A stretch of 64,000 nucleotides of DNA, taken from Penicillus capitatus. Its lineage: Eukaryota; Plantae; Chlorophyta. The notes below the pieces were generated by a model. The model had not been told where the DNA came from. It searched no databases and saw nothing but the letters and a program-made list of their open reading frames with translations. The stretch is taken from assembly GCA_965649825.1 (NCBI GenBank), contig OZ287700.1:186001-250000 (forward strand), written 5' to 3'. Shown here in pieces: positions 36,401 to 45,903 of the stretch (position 1 is its first letter; the number at the start of each line of letters is the position of its first letter). The translations under genes and the position numbers were made by a program.

Positions 36401-38045
36401 CTGATCGATTCGAGGCGTCAGGTGAAGCAGTTCATCGCCACGGAGAAGGATCCCCTCGTCCTCAAGCAGCGCAAGATACGGGAGCAGGCACTAAAGCTGA
36501 CGGCGAACAGCATGTACGGTTGCTTGGGCTTCGCGCACTCCCGCTTCTTCTGCCGACCGCTGGCGGAACTGATCACGCTACAGGGCAGGACGATCCTGCA
36601 GAAGACAGTGGATCTCGTCGAGAAGCAGCTGGGATACGAGGTCGTCTACGGGGACACCGACAGCATCATGATCCACACGGGCGTCAACGATTATGATGCA
36701 GTCCGTCACACGATCGCCGAGAAGATCAAGCGCGCCGTCAACAAGAACTATCGCACGCTGAAGATCGACGTCGACGGGATCTTCCAGCCACTTCTTCTGC
36801 TCAAGAAGAAAAAATACGCGGCCGTAAAGCTATCGACAGAGAACGGCCAACTGGTGAGGCGGAGAGAGGACAAGGGACTGGACATCGTCCGACGCGACTG
36901 GTCCAGGATCGCAAAGAGCGTCGGAAACCGGGTGTTGGATGAGATCCTGTCCGGAAGGCCGTCGTCCCAAGTGGTGGAAGGTGTCCATCGGCACCTCAAA
37001 GAGATCCGAGCCTGTGTGGAGAGGGGAGAAGTGCCGCTGTCGGAATTCGAGATCGTTAAGGAACTGGCGAAGCGTCCAGAAGAGTATGCGGATGCCAAGG
37101 CCCAGCCACACGTGCAAGTCGCGCTCCGGAGGAAGCAACAGGGATACAGAGACGGCATCCATCCCGGCCAGGCGATCCCGTACGTCATCTGCTGCCTCAG
37201 TCAGGAGCACGCGGCGGGAGGAGGCAGCCATCAAGCGGAACGCGCCTACCACCCGGAGGAGCTCCGTCAACGGCCGCGGGAACTGAAAGTGGATTCGGAG
37301 TTTTACTTAGCCAACCAGGCGAGCCATTCGTCATTGCAGGACTGTTCCTGAATGATGTGCATTTCAGATCCACGCAGTCGTTTCGAGACTGTGCGAACCG
37401 ATTGTCGAGATCGATGCCAAATCGCTGGCGGAGTCGCTCGGACTGGACAGCACGAGATATAGAGCCAGACTGCATGCGGCGTCCGCGCTTCCCGTCCCTT
37501 CGCCCTCGCAGTCGCTCTTTCAAGGATGCGATCCCCTCGCATTGACAAATGGGGGTCCCCCTTTTCCGTTTTGCGGGGTCGACGACATCATCTGCGGCAA
37601 GACGACGGTGCTGGATGCAATGGCGCCGCCGGACACCGCCGAAGACTCGTCCGTTCCTGTCAGTTCAGAGCAGATGGCGAATGCCGTTACGCTTCAGGCT
37701 CGAAGGTGCATCTCCGACTACTACGATGCCTACTTCAGGGCAGAAGACGACGACCATGAGAAACCCACCCGCATCCCACATTATGCGGAGGAGACTGCGT
37801 CAGAGAAATGGATCCGCGTCGCGTCTGAAGGGCGACTGTATCGCCAGCTCTCCTTCCTCGTGCACCAGGTCGATGTCGAGAGCGCCGTAGAGCGGCTCGA
37901 GAAAGGAAAGCCGAAGGAGGAGGCGCTTGCGCATCGGAGCACCCTCGTGCAGCATCTGCAACCCGCTCTCGAGATCCTGAAGGAGTTCAGAGACGCCTCT
38001 CGCTACGGCGTCGTGGATTGGGAGGATCTGCTGAGGCCTCTTTAG
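33449..38045 (+). CDS. POLA1: DNA polymerase alpha catalytic subunit, about 12 exons (two GC-AG introns)
   Basis: GTVYLFGKV, DPDVLVGH, YAGGLVLEPKKGLY, LDFNSLYPSIIQE, KLTANSMYGCLG, YGDTDSIMI, KKKKYAA, KGLDIVRRDWS, QPHVQVA. Confidence 0.97.
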
Positions 38046-38147
38046 AGCATCCAATGGGGCAAAGGGAGAGTGCTTCAAAAAGGTTGTGCACGACGGGCCG
38101 CGTCTTTTTACAGGGGGACCGTGTTTGATGACGAGAATGTAGATGAA

Positions 38148-39437
38148 ATGATTGCGCCATCGACGACGCTGCGCCTTCTGTCGAACAGCTGCCTCGCGAC
38201 CTCTCTGCGCATCGCGTCGACCAAGCGGGCGTCTCGTGTCGACTTCCGGAGGGCGCTGAACGTGTCTCCTCCTCGGTCTTCCGCCGTTCGAGTCATGGCA
38301 ACGAAATCCGTCGTGCGTTGTGCTCTCTGCTGCGAGAGCGATAGAAGTGTAACCTCGGTTGAGCGCTAGATGAAGATGGCGCTGTGCCAGATCAAGGTGT
38401 CCGCCGACAAGATGCAGAACATCGACACGGCCCGGGCTGCTATCCAGGCGCGGTCCCCTCTCTCTGTGTGAGAAAGAGTGAGATGTCGTGTGCAGACCGC
38501 GGCATCCAACGAGGCGGATCTGGTGATGCTGCCGGAGATCTGGAACTGTCCTTACTCAAACGACTCCTTCCCCGTCTACTGCGAGCCCATTCCGGAGGCT
38601 GGCGAAAAGTCGGCATCGTCTGTCCACGACAGCCCATCGTTCCAGATGATGCGGGAAGCAGCCGAGAGGCACGGCATCTATCTCGTTGGCGGCTCCGTTC
38701 CCGAAACGAAGGACGGGAAGCTGTACAACACCTGCTGCGTCTTCGATCGCTTGGGATCCCTCATCGCCAAGCACAGGCACGAGAGGCGTTCGGTTCGACG
38801 CCCATGAGCCCAATCGCTGTGCTGCGAAGGAAAGTGCACCTCTTTGACATCGACATTCCGGGAAAGATCACGTTCAAGGAGTCGGAGACCCTGACGCCGG
38901 GCGATCATCCAACCCTCTTCGATACAGAGTTCGGCAAGTGTGCCGTGGGCATCTGCTACGACATCCGATTCGCCGAGCTCGCACTGCTCTACGCAAAGAA
39001 TGGCGCCAAACTCATCGTCTATCCGGGTCCGTGGAAACAGACTTCCCTTCCAGACGGCCGATCTGTCTGGTTCTCAGGTGCTTTCAACACGACGACTGGA
39101 CCGGCGCACTGGGAGCTTCTCCAGCGAGCACGGGCGGCTGACAATCAAGTGTTCGTCGCCATGTGTTCGCCGGCGCGGAACGAGGATGGCTATCAGGTGC
39201 GATGGTGTTTGGCCGTTGTTCTTCGTTGCTGATGTGGATCAGTAGGCCTGGGGTCACTCGACTGTCTCTGGTCCGTTCGGAGAGGTCATTGCGACGTGTG
39301 AGGAGAAGCCGACCACTGTCTACGCCACAGTCGATTTCAACGACATCGAAGAACGACGTCGAAACATGCCACTGCAGTTCCAGAAACGAAAAGACATTTA
39401 CGACCTGCTGCAGACGTCTCCCGCCCTCGCTCCATAA
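38148..39437 (+). CDS. NIT2: Omega-amidase (nitrilase superfamily, NIT2-like) with N-terminal targeting peptide, 6 exons (two GC-AG introns)
   Basis: [65 protein letters not shown]; catalytic E-K-C triad present. Confidence 0.95.
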
Positions 39438-39995
39438 CAATGCAAGCAGACTCCAACAGAAGACAATGGATTGCTAGCACAGAGACTCATTCGAGAGTCA
39501 TGTCGAGTGTTCGAAGAGACATTGCACAGATTTAACATGATTGGAGATGCCTTCTGCATTTGTGCACTTCGCTGTGTCTCCCTTGCGTTCTTTGACTATC
39601 GGTGTAAGGCTCGCTACCCATCGTACTGGACAGACAATCGTTTAATTGACATCCTGTTGATCACGCGGATCATCTCTATTGTGTTTGTCACCGCCACATT
39701 GACGGTAGGTCCACACTCTGCATGACAGAGCTGTTTGCTCTTTGGCCACTGCTGTCAAACTTGACGTGCAAACATGACTTAACCAGCAGGTAGCACGTGA
39801 TGTGTATAAGCAAACCATCCATTGAAAGATAAGAGTAAAGAATGTCCTCAGATTTGAATGATAGTAATAGAATTGACATTCTCCATGCCAAGCGCTGGAA
39901 AAGCACTTCAGCCACAGATTTGCATAGTAGGTTGTCGTGCAGGCTTTTAAGCGAACAATTCGCCGATGCACATATGGTTCGTCCAGTGTTCAACG

Positions 39996-40102
39996 ATGCG
40001 AAACTTTGTACGTCTACTGATGCTCCTCTGCGGCTGTGTCAACACGCTCGCCGCTTATCCCCGTCCTTCAGAGCATTCGAAGTGCTCCTCCAGCAGGCTA
40101 CC
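39996..40102 (+). pseudogene. 5' part (signal peptide) of exon 1 of the beta-helix membrane protein, cut off by the LINE
   Basis: MRNFVRLLMLLCGCVNTLAAYPRPSEHSKCSSSRLP is signal-peptide-like and continues in frame at 45904 once the LINE and one TSD copy are removed. Confidence 0.8.
40088..40102 (+). repeat. Target-site duplication, 5' copy (CTCCAGCAGGCTACC)
   Basis: Identical 15-mer at 45889-45903. Confidence 0.95.
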
Positions 40103-40188
40103 AAAAATTTGTTCCGTTTACGCATTTACGTCTCGCGCCACTTCTGTGCTTGACGTGCGTCTCTCTAACTCGCCCTTCTGCACCACCA

Positions 40189-42075
40189 ATGGACAAGAAA
40201 GAAATTCCACCTGACCCAGGATCTGGAGGAGACCCGGAGGTCGCTCGTTTTGTGGCGCTTGCTGAGGACTCGGCTGATTTTCGACTTGTGATAAAGCAGA
40301 ACATCAATTTCGTTGAAAGATTAAACCGGAGTACTCTTCTGACCGTGCTCGGAAAATGCAACGCTTCAACTGGCCGTGCAAAGACAAAAGAAACTGCATG
40401 CGCTGCTCTTTTCGCCTGGGCCGAAAGCACGCCAAGGGAATCTGTCGCTCCGAACGTCGTGTCAAATCATCAGCCAGATGGGAATAATGAAGGTCCGAGT
40501 TCAACGCGGACTCTGACGAAAGGAGTTCCCAAGAAAAGACCGCCTGAAAATGCGCCTACGGGCGCAAATCGAAGACCGACACAGTCTTCGGATTCCGAAG
40601 GTGAACAAATGTGCAGGGAAGGTTCAATAGGCGAAATGATGCTGGGAGTGGTAAACGTAACGGACAGAGTGCAGTCTGCAATCTCCGCAGCTCAAGGCGT
40701 GATTCAGTCGGCAAGTGAAGGAATTTGCATTGAGAAGTCCGGCGCTTTAGAAGTCCTAGAGAGATTGAAGATGGCGGCTTCAGAGATAAGGGGGCTGCAA
40801 GCGGGGCTGAGAGCCTCCCATCAGGCCTGGAGGATTTTAGACTTAGCAGAAATCAATGGTAGTATTGGCGACGTATCTGGTGAAATGGGGCCAAATATTG
40901 GACCTATTCCTCTTGGTTCGACGTACGTCCAAGCAGTAAAGAAAGGTTTGACCCGTGGAAGGAACTCGACCGCCACACAGGCACAGGCAGAGAGACCTTC
41001 CTTTATGGTGGAAAGAGAAATCGCAAGGAAGAAGATCGCTGAACGCCGTGAAGCTCTGAGAAAAGACCACTTGGCCTTACGATTTCGAGCAGTATCTGCC
41101 GGTGGAGCTGTGGCTAATCACTTGATTGCCGCGTCGGTGGCGAGGACCTCAGGCCGTAGCGAAGACCAATATCGATTACTGATCACTGACGTACGAACCG
41201 ACCGTTTTGGGACATACTATGTGCAAGTGAACGAAAAAGACTTCGAAGATGTCAGAAACAAGCTAAAAGCGAAGATGTCGACAGATAGCACTATCCTTCT
41301 TGATGGTATCGGAGAATTCAAAATGTTTGACCCTTCAGTCTCCGAAGTGAAGGGCAAAGAACCGGTAGTAGTCAAGGGAGTAGATCTACCCCTCACAATG
41401 GATCAAATTGTGACAGAGATTTGGTTAAGCAACCGCCACTTCTGGAACCTGCCGGAATCTGATTCTGTGAACGATCACATTGTTGGTGGCCAAAGACTTC
41501 GAATGAGGAAGAGAGATTCATCTGGTTTCTCAGATGGGGAATACATCAACTCGAAATCGGTGAAGATCTGGCTCAGCCCAGAGTTGATAAGAATCATTAA
41601 GGAAGACGGTGCCACGCTAAGAATAGGGTACCGCTACCACACGGTGGCTCACTTCAACAGAGCTGAGAAGACTTGTTTCCATTGTGGGCAGCGAGGAACC
41701 CATATAGCAGCAGCCTGCAGGAACAAGCCTCGCTGCTGCCGTTGTGGAGGAAATCACCCCTTGATGTTGTGTTCAGAAAGGGAAGGGGAAACTACTCCGA
41801 AAGGGAATACTACTCCGAGAGCCTCGAGTGGAATGGAGGAATTTGCCGCATGTATGGCGCCCAGAAAACCCAGACCTTCCTATATGAGAGAACCTATTTC
41901 GTTTTCCGAAAAAGGAGAGTCTCCTAGACGTAGGAGCGCATTAAGAAGAGAGGACGATGATGATGACATGGACACGGGTGAACTGTCGTGGGAAGAACGA
42001 GCGGATCTCATAACCTCATCAAACTCCAGGGGAAAAGCCCCTGGCTTTAAGTCCAGAGGTCCATCCAAACCTTAG
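40189..42075 (+). CDS. LINE ORF1, gag-like nucleic-acid-binding protein
   Basis: Two Zn knuckles CFHCGQRGTHIAAAC and CCRCGGNHPLMLC near the C-terminus; first ATG inside the element is 40189. Confidence 0.9.
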   Translation: MDKKEIPPDPGSGGDPEVARFVALAEDSADFRLVIKQNINFVERLNRSTLLTVLGKCNASTGRAKTKETACAALFAWAESTPRESVAPNVVSNHQPDGNNEGPSSTRTLTKGVPKKRPPENAPTGANRRPTQSSDSEGEQMCREGSIGEMMLGVVNVTDRVQSAISAAQGVIQSASEGICIEKSGALEVLERLKMAASEIRGLQAGLRASHQAWRILDLAEINGSIGDVSGEMGPNIGPIPLGSTYVQAVKKGLTRGRNSTATQAQAERPSFMVEREIARKKIAERREALRKDHLALRFRAVSAGGAVANHLIAASVARTSGRSEDQYRLLITDVRTDRFGTYYVQVNEKDFEDVRNKLKAKMSTDSTILLDGIGEFKMFDPSVSEVKGKEPVVVKGVDLPLTMDQIVTEIWLSNRHFWNLPESDSVNDHIVGGQRLRMRKRDSSGFSDGEYINSKSVKIWLSPELIRIIKEDGATLRIGYRYHTVAHFNRAEKTCFHCGQRGTHIAAACRNKPRCCRCGGNHPLMLCSEREGETTPKGNTTPRASSGMEEFAACMAPRKPRPSYMREPISFSEKGESPRRRSALRREDDDDDMDTGELSWEERADLITSSNSRGKAPGFKSRGPSKP

Positions 42076-42077
42076 AC

Positions 42078-45000
42078 ATGAAGAACCTCAGAGTTCTTCA
42101 ATGTAATACTAGGGCAAGCAGAAGTGCGTTTGATTTGTTAACACACAAGATGATGACTAATAAACTTGATTTGATGATTGTTTCTGACCCTCCTTTCGCC
42201 ATAAGAAGAGGAGTTTCTGTGCCGGGATTCAGTGTAGTTATGCCGAATCTTTCGGACTCTAATAAAGATAACTGTTTTGTTGCTATTATCCTACGTTCTG
42301 ACATTCCTTACTCTCCAGTTCCTTCTAGCAGTCCTCGGGTTTGTTCGGTGAACATACCCCTAGAGAAGGATCAAATCGCCTTTATCGCGACGTACTGCCG
42401 TCCTGGAGATGGAGAAGGTTTGGGAGAAACCATCAGTCTGTATAGAAGAATCAAGTCGCAGGGGATGAAACGTATAGTGATTGGGGGAGATTTTAACGCA
42501 AAATCCTACTTGTGGGGACCGGATACCATTCAACCTGACAAGACAGGCCATTCTGTGATGAATTGGATGGCAGAAGACAACATACAAATAATAAACGAAT
42601 TCCCATGCGCTCCGACTTACACTGGTCTCAATAATTCTCGAAGCTGGATTGATCTGACGCTTTCCAGTGATGCAATGCTGAAGTGGATTCATGACTGGTC
42701 AGTGGATGAGAAACCTGCGGAGTTTTCGGATCATCACTTGATTGAATTTACGATTGGATTGCATTCCCAGCTTGCGTCTGAGGAGCCAACAATCAATTGG
42801 AGGCGTTGTGATTGGGAAGTTCTGGAAGAAGTCCTCCCACGAAAACTAGACGAGGAAGGGTGGTTGGCAAAGAACTGGAATGAGCTTTCGAATGATTGCC
42901 TCGAGGCGGAAGTTGAAAAATTCTCGAAATCCATCGCTCAATGGGCGCGTGAATTTGCCCCCTTGAAGAAGCGACAAAACGAAAGGAAACACTGGTGGAC
43001 ACCTGAGGTTAACACCGCCCATAGGAACATTAAGCGAGCAAGGAGAGCTGCAGAAAGGCACCGCAGAAAATTTGGTAACTGCCCAGAATGCCTTCTTCAT
43101 AAAATCGATGAGTGCAAAATTGCTTTCTCGAAGAAAGTGGCAGAGGTTAGAAAAGAACACTGGCACGAGTTCTTAGAGGAAACCACCCAGAAAGACATGT
43201 GGGAAAAATTTAGAAGGGTGACCAATCCAAGGCGTCCTCTTGATCTCTCGACAGTACTAACTCCTGAAGGACTATCTATCTCTGAACCAGAAGCCGTAAT
43301 CGAAACTCTAGCGCAGAAGTTTTTCCCGGATGCTGTCGAAGTTGGAGTTTCACCTGGTGATGTTTCAGAGCATGTGGATGACACTCAAATCGGAAATCAA
43401 ACATACAAGAATGTCCCGAGGGTTACAGAAGGAGAAGTTCTCCATGCTCTGTTTTCTGGAAAGAGATTTGGTGCTCCCGGACACGATGGAGTAATAAATA
43501 ACGTACTAAGAGTGATCTCTCCTTGCTTGCTGCAAACCTTAGCTCGTCTTTTCACAACCTGTCTGGAAAGAGGACTTCTGCCAAAGACCTGGAAGAAGAC
43601 CTGCATCATCCCAGTTCCAAAGGGACCTAACCCAAACTCAGAAGTTAAATTAATGCGACCGATTAGTCTCATACCAGTCATATCTAAAGCCCTTGAAACG
43701 ATAGTGACAAGGAGATTATCCTTTTGGGCTGAGACTGAGCAAAAGCTCTGTCATTTCCAATTCGGCTTCAGAAGCGGAAGATCCACTTCGGATGCGCTCC
43801 TCAAAGTAGTTGAGGACATCGAGATACCCAGAAGAGAGGGGAAGATATCGAGATGCTGTTTTCTGGACATAAAAGCGGCATTTGATTCGGTTCCGGCGTG
43901 CTTACTCGTGGAGAGGCTAAAAGAAATCGGAGTGCCAACATACATCTGGGGATTCGTAATCTCATTCACCAAAGGAAGGGAGGCCGTCCTACAGGTCGGC
44001 GGAAAAGAAAAGACTTTTGAACTAATGGGTGGAACCCCTCAAGGATCCCCGCTCAGTCCGCTGCTCTTCATATTATACCTTGACCCAGTCATTCAATCGG
44101 TTGTCAGAGGGAACGAGGTTAAGGCGCAAGCTTATGCTGACGACATGGTAATTCTGGCAACCGGGTCCGACATGTTTTCGGTCACAGAGAAGCTACAGAG
44201 GGGAGTGGAACGCGTCAACCACGATCTTTCTCAGATGGGCCTACTTCTCAGCCCCGAAAAATGCAAAACTATGACATTTGTGAAGAAGAGACAAAGCCAA
44301 GAAGACCCTATAGGGATCAGTCTGGATTCGTGTACACTAGAGGAAACGGGTGTCGTAAAGTACCTTGGTTTACAGCTGGACAGAAAGCTTGAATGGAAAG
44401 AACACATTCAAGGAACCTTCAGAAAGGCACTTCTCAGAACTCAGATGCTTCAGAGAATGTGTGGCAAACGGTGGGGACTACCTCCAGGAATCGTGGATAA
44501 GATTGTCAAAGGAGCTATTTGGCCAGTTCTATTTTACGGGGTGGAAGCATACGGAGGCTTTACATGTGTCCTAAAAGATCTAAAGCTGTACGATCAAGTG
44601 ATCCGCAGGTGCGGCCTCCTGACATCCGGCTGTCTTAAGACCACTCCCTATCCATCTGTTTATCGACTCTCAGGCCTTTCGCCAGCTCATGTGGAGATAT
44701 CCTCGCGAATACTTAGATGTGGACGCAGGATGGCTTGCAGAAATCATATTATGGCTGAAGAGAATGATTGGAATAAACAAGGTTCTTCTTTTCATCAGTC
44801 CTTGCTAGTGGAGTCCAGACGAGTGAGCAGAGAGACTGGAATGAATTTCCTCGAGGGTACTAAAAGAATCTCCCATCTTCTGTCGCCAATGGAGCTGGCT
44901 GATCTTATCCCATTAAGAGGATGCGAGTCCCTGGAGGTTCAACAAGCATACAAACTTTATGTGGTGTCGATTACCTCACAAGAAGCGATTAGTGTAGTAT

Positions 45001-45797
45001 CAACTATAAGATCCCCATCAGGAGACGAGGTGTGCAAGTTCCATCTCAGGCTTGGTTCAGAAAGGGACAAATCAGAGGTTGAAATGAGAGCACTCAGAGT
45101 AGCCCTCGAAAGAGCCCAAGACTTCTGCAAGTCTAGAGATAATCTTGCCATCATCTCCTCTCACACGAGAATCAGAAAGCAGTTGAAAAGGTGGACGTAC
45201 ATCTCTGACGAGACTGCAAAGTGCCAGGCTCTGCTTTCGTCCATGAATGCTTGCTGGATCCAGTTAACAGCCACAGGAGATTGGGCCCCTATAATGAGCC
45301 TGAAGCTCTCTGCGAAACAGTACGATGAATGGTCGGTCTGCGAAGAGATCGGCACAGACGAGATTTGGGTGAAGAAGAAAGTGAAAAACTTCTTAGACAA
45401 ACGTGTTGCCTCTTATCTTGAGGAATTCACAACCGGCAGATCGCTTACAGACATTCAGCTGCCCTTTGTCAGTGGTGCTTTTCCGGGCAAGAATTTGCTG
45501 AGGTGGGAAGGAAGTTTAGTTTCTCAGGTTCTCTCAAATCACTTTCCATCTCGTTGTTATTCAGACAGATTCCAAGTTCACCGCAAAGGCAAGATCTGTG
45601 ACTGTGATCACGAACCAGACGACCGGGATCATCTTGTATTAAGATGCCCAAGATACAGAAAAGAAAGAAAACAGCTTTACGATGATCTGGGTCTTAAGGC
45701 TCAGAAACTGAATTGGAAGGAGATTTTTGAACACAACTGGCTCCCATTTGCCAAATTTCTTGAATCTATCTGTGCGAGTTGGGTTCGGGCACCCTGA
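42078..45797 (+). CDS. LINE ORF2: APE endonuclease + reverse transcriptase + degenerate RNase H-like + CCHC
   Basis: VLQCN, GGDFNAK, SDH (APE); RPISL, QFGFR, FLDIKAAFDSV, GTPQGSPLSP, YADD, KYLG (RT); CDCDHEPDDRDHLVLRC. Confidence 0.97.
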   Translation: MKNLRVLQCNTRASRSAFDLLTHKMMTNKLDLMIVSDPPFAIRRGVSVPGFSVVMPNLSDSNKDNCFVAIILRSDIPYSPVPSSSPRVCSVNIPLEKDQIAFIATYCRPGDGEGLGETISLYRRIKSQGMKRIVIGGDFNAKSYLWGPDTIQPDKTGHSVMNWMAEDNIQIINEFPCAPTYTGLNNSRSWIDLTLSSDAMLKWIHDWSVDEKPAEFSDHHLIEFTIGLHSQLASEEPTINWRRCDWEVLEEVLPRKLDEEGWLAKNWNELSNDCLEAEVEKFSKSIAQWAREFAPLKKRQNERKHWWTPEVNTAHRNIKRARRAAERHRRKFGNCPECLLHKIDECKIAFSKKVAEVRKEHWHEFLEETTQKDMWEKFRRVTNPRRPLDLSTVLTPEGLSISEPEAVIETLAQKFFPDAVEVGVSPGDVSEHVDDTQIGNQTYKNVPRVTEGEVLHALFSGKRFGAPGHDGVINNVLRVISPCLLQTLARLFTTCLERGLLPKTWKKTCIIPVPKGPNPNSEVKLMRPISLIPVISKALETIVTRRLSFWAETEQKLCHFQFGFRSGRSTSDALLKVVEDIEIPRREGKISRCCFLDIKAAFDSVPACLLVERLKEIGVPTYIWGFVISFTKGREAVLQVGGKEKTFELMGGTPQGSPLSPLLFILYLDPVIQSVVRGNEVKAQAYADDMVILATGSDMFSVTEKLQRGVERVNHDLSQMGLLLSPEKCKTMTFVKKRQSQEDPIGISLDSCTLEETGVVKYLGLQLDRKLEWKEHIQGTFRKALLRTQMLQRMCGKRWGLPPGIVDKIVKGAIWPVLFYGVEAYGGFTCVLKDLKLYDQVIRRCGLLTSGCLKTTPYPSVYRLSGLSPAHVEISSRILRCGRRMACRNHIMAEENDWNKQGSSFHQSLLVESRRVSRETGMNFLEGTKRISHLLSPMELADLIPLRGCESLEVQQAYKLYVVSITSQEAISVVSTIRSPSGDEVCKFHLRLGSERDKSEVEMRALRVALERAQDFCKSRDNLAIISSHTRIRKQLKRWTYISDETAKCQALLSSMNACWIQLTATGDWAPIMSLKLSAKQYDEWSVCEEIGTDEIWVKKKVKNFLDKRVASYLEEFTTGRSLTDIQLPFVSGAFPGKNLLRWEGSLVSQVLSNHFPSRCYSDRFQVHRKGKICDCDHEPDDRDHLVLRCPRYRKERKQLYDDLGLKAQKLNWKEIFEHNWLPFAKFLESICASWVRAP

Positions 45798-45888
45798 TTG
45801 AACAAAGTCTACATTAAAACCGAATATTGTATCGCTCCGGGCTGATTTGTTATTCAAAAGCCCGTGTAAATCTCACAAACTTCTCTCT

Positions 45889-45903
45889 CTCCAGCAGGCT
45901 ACC
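45889..45903 (+). repeat. Target-site duplication, 3' copy (CTCCAGCAGGCTACC)
   Basis: Identical to 40088-40102; directly preceded by TTCTCTCT. Confidence 0.95.

Larger units (their letters stand above)
40103..45888 (+). mobile_element. Full-length non-LTR retrotransposon (LINE, I/R1/Tad-like group), about 5.79 kb
   Basis: Flanked by a 15-bp TSD; 86-nt 5'UTR, ORF1, ORF2, about 90-nt 3'UTR with stem-loop, TGTAA and (CT)n tail; both ORFs uninterrupted and intronless, unlike host genes. Confidence 0.96.

Noticed and set aside
40036-40188. N-terminal extension of LINE ORF1 beginning at 40036
   Set aside because: It starts outside the TSD at a non-ATG codon in host sequence; a chance open frame.
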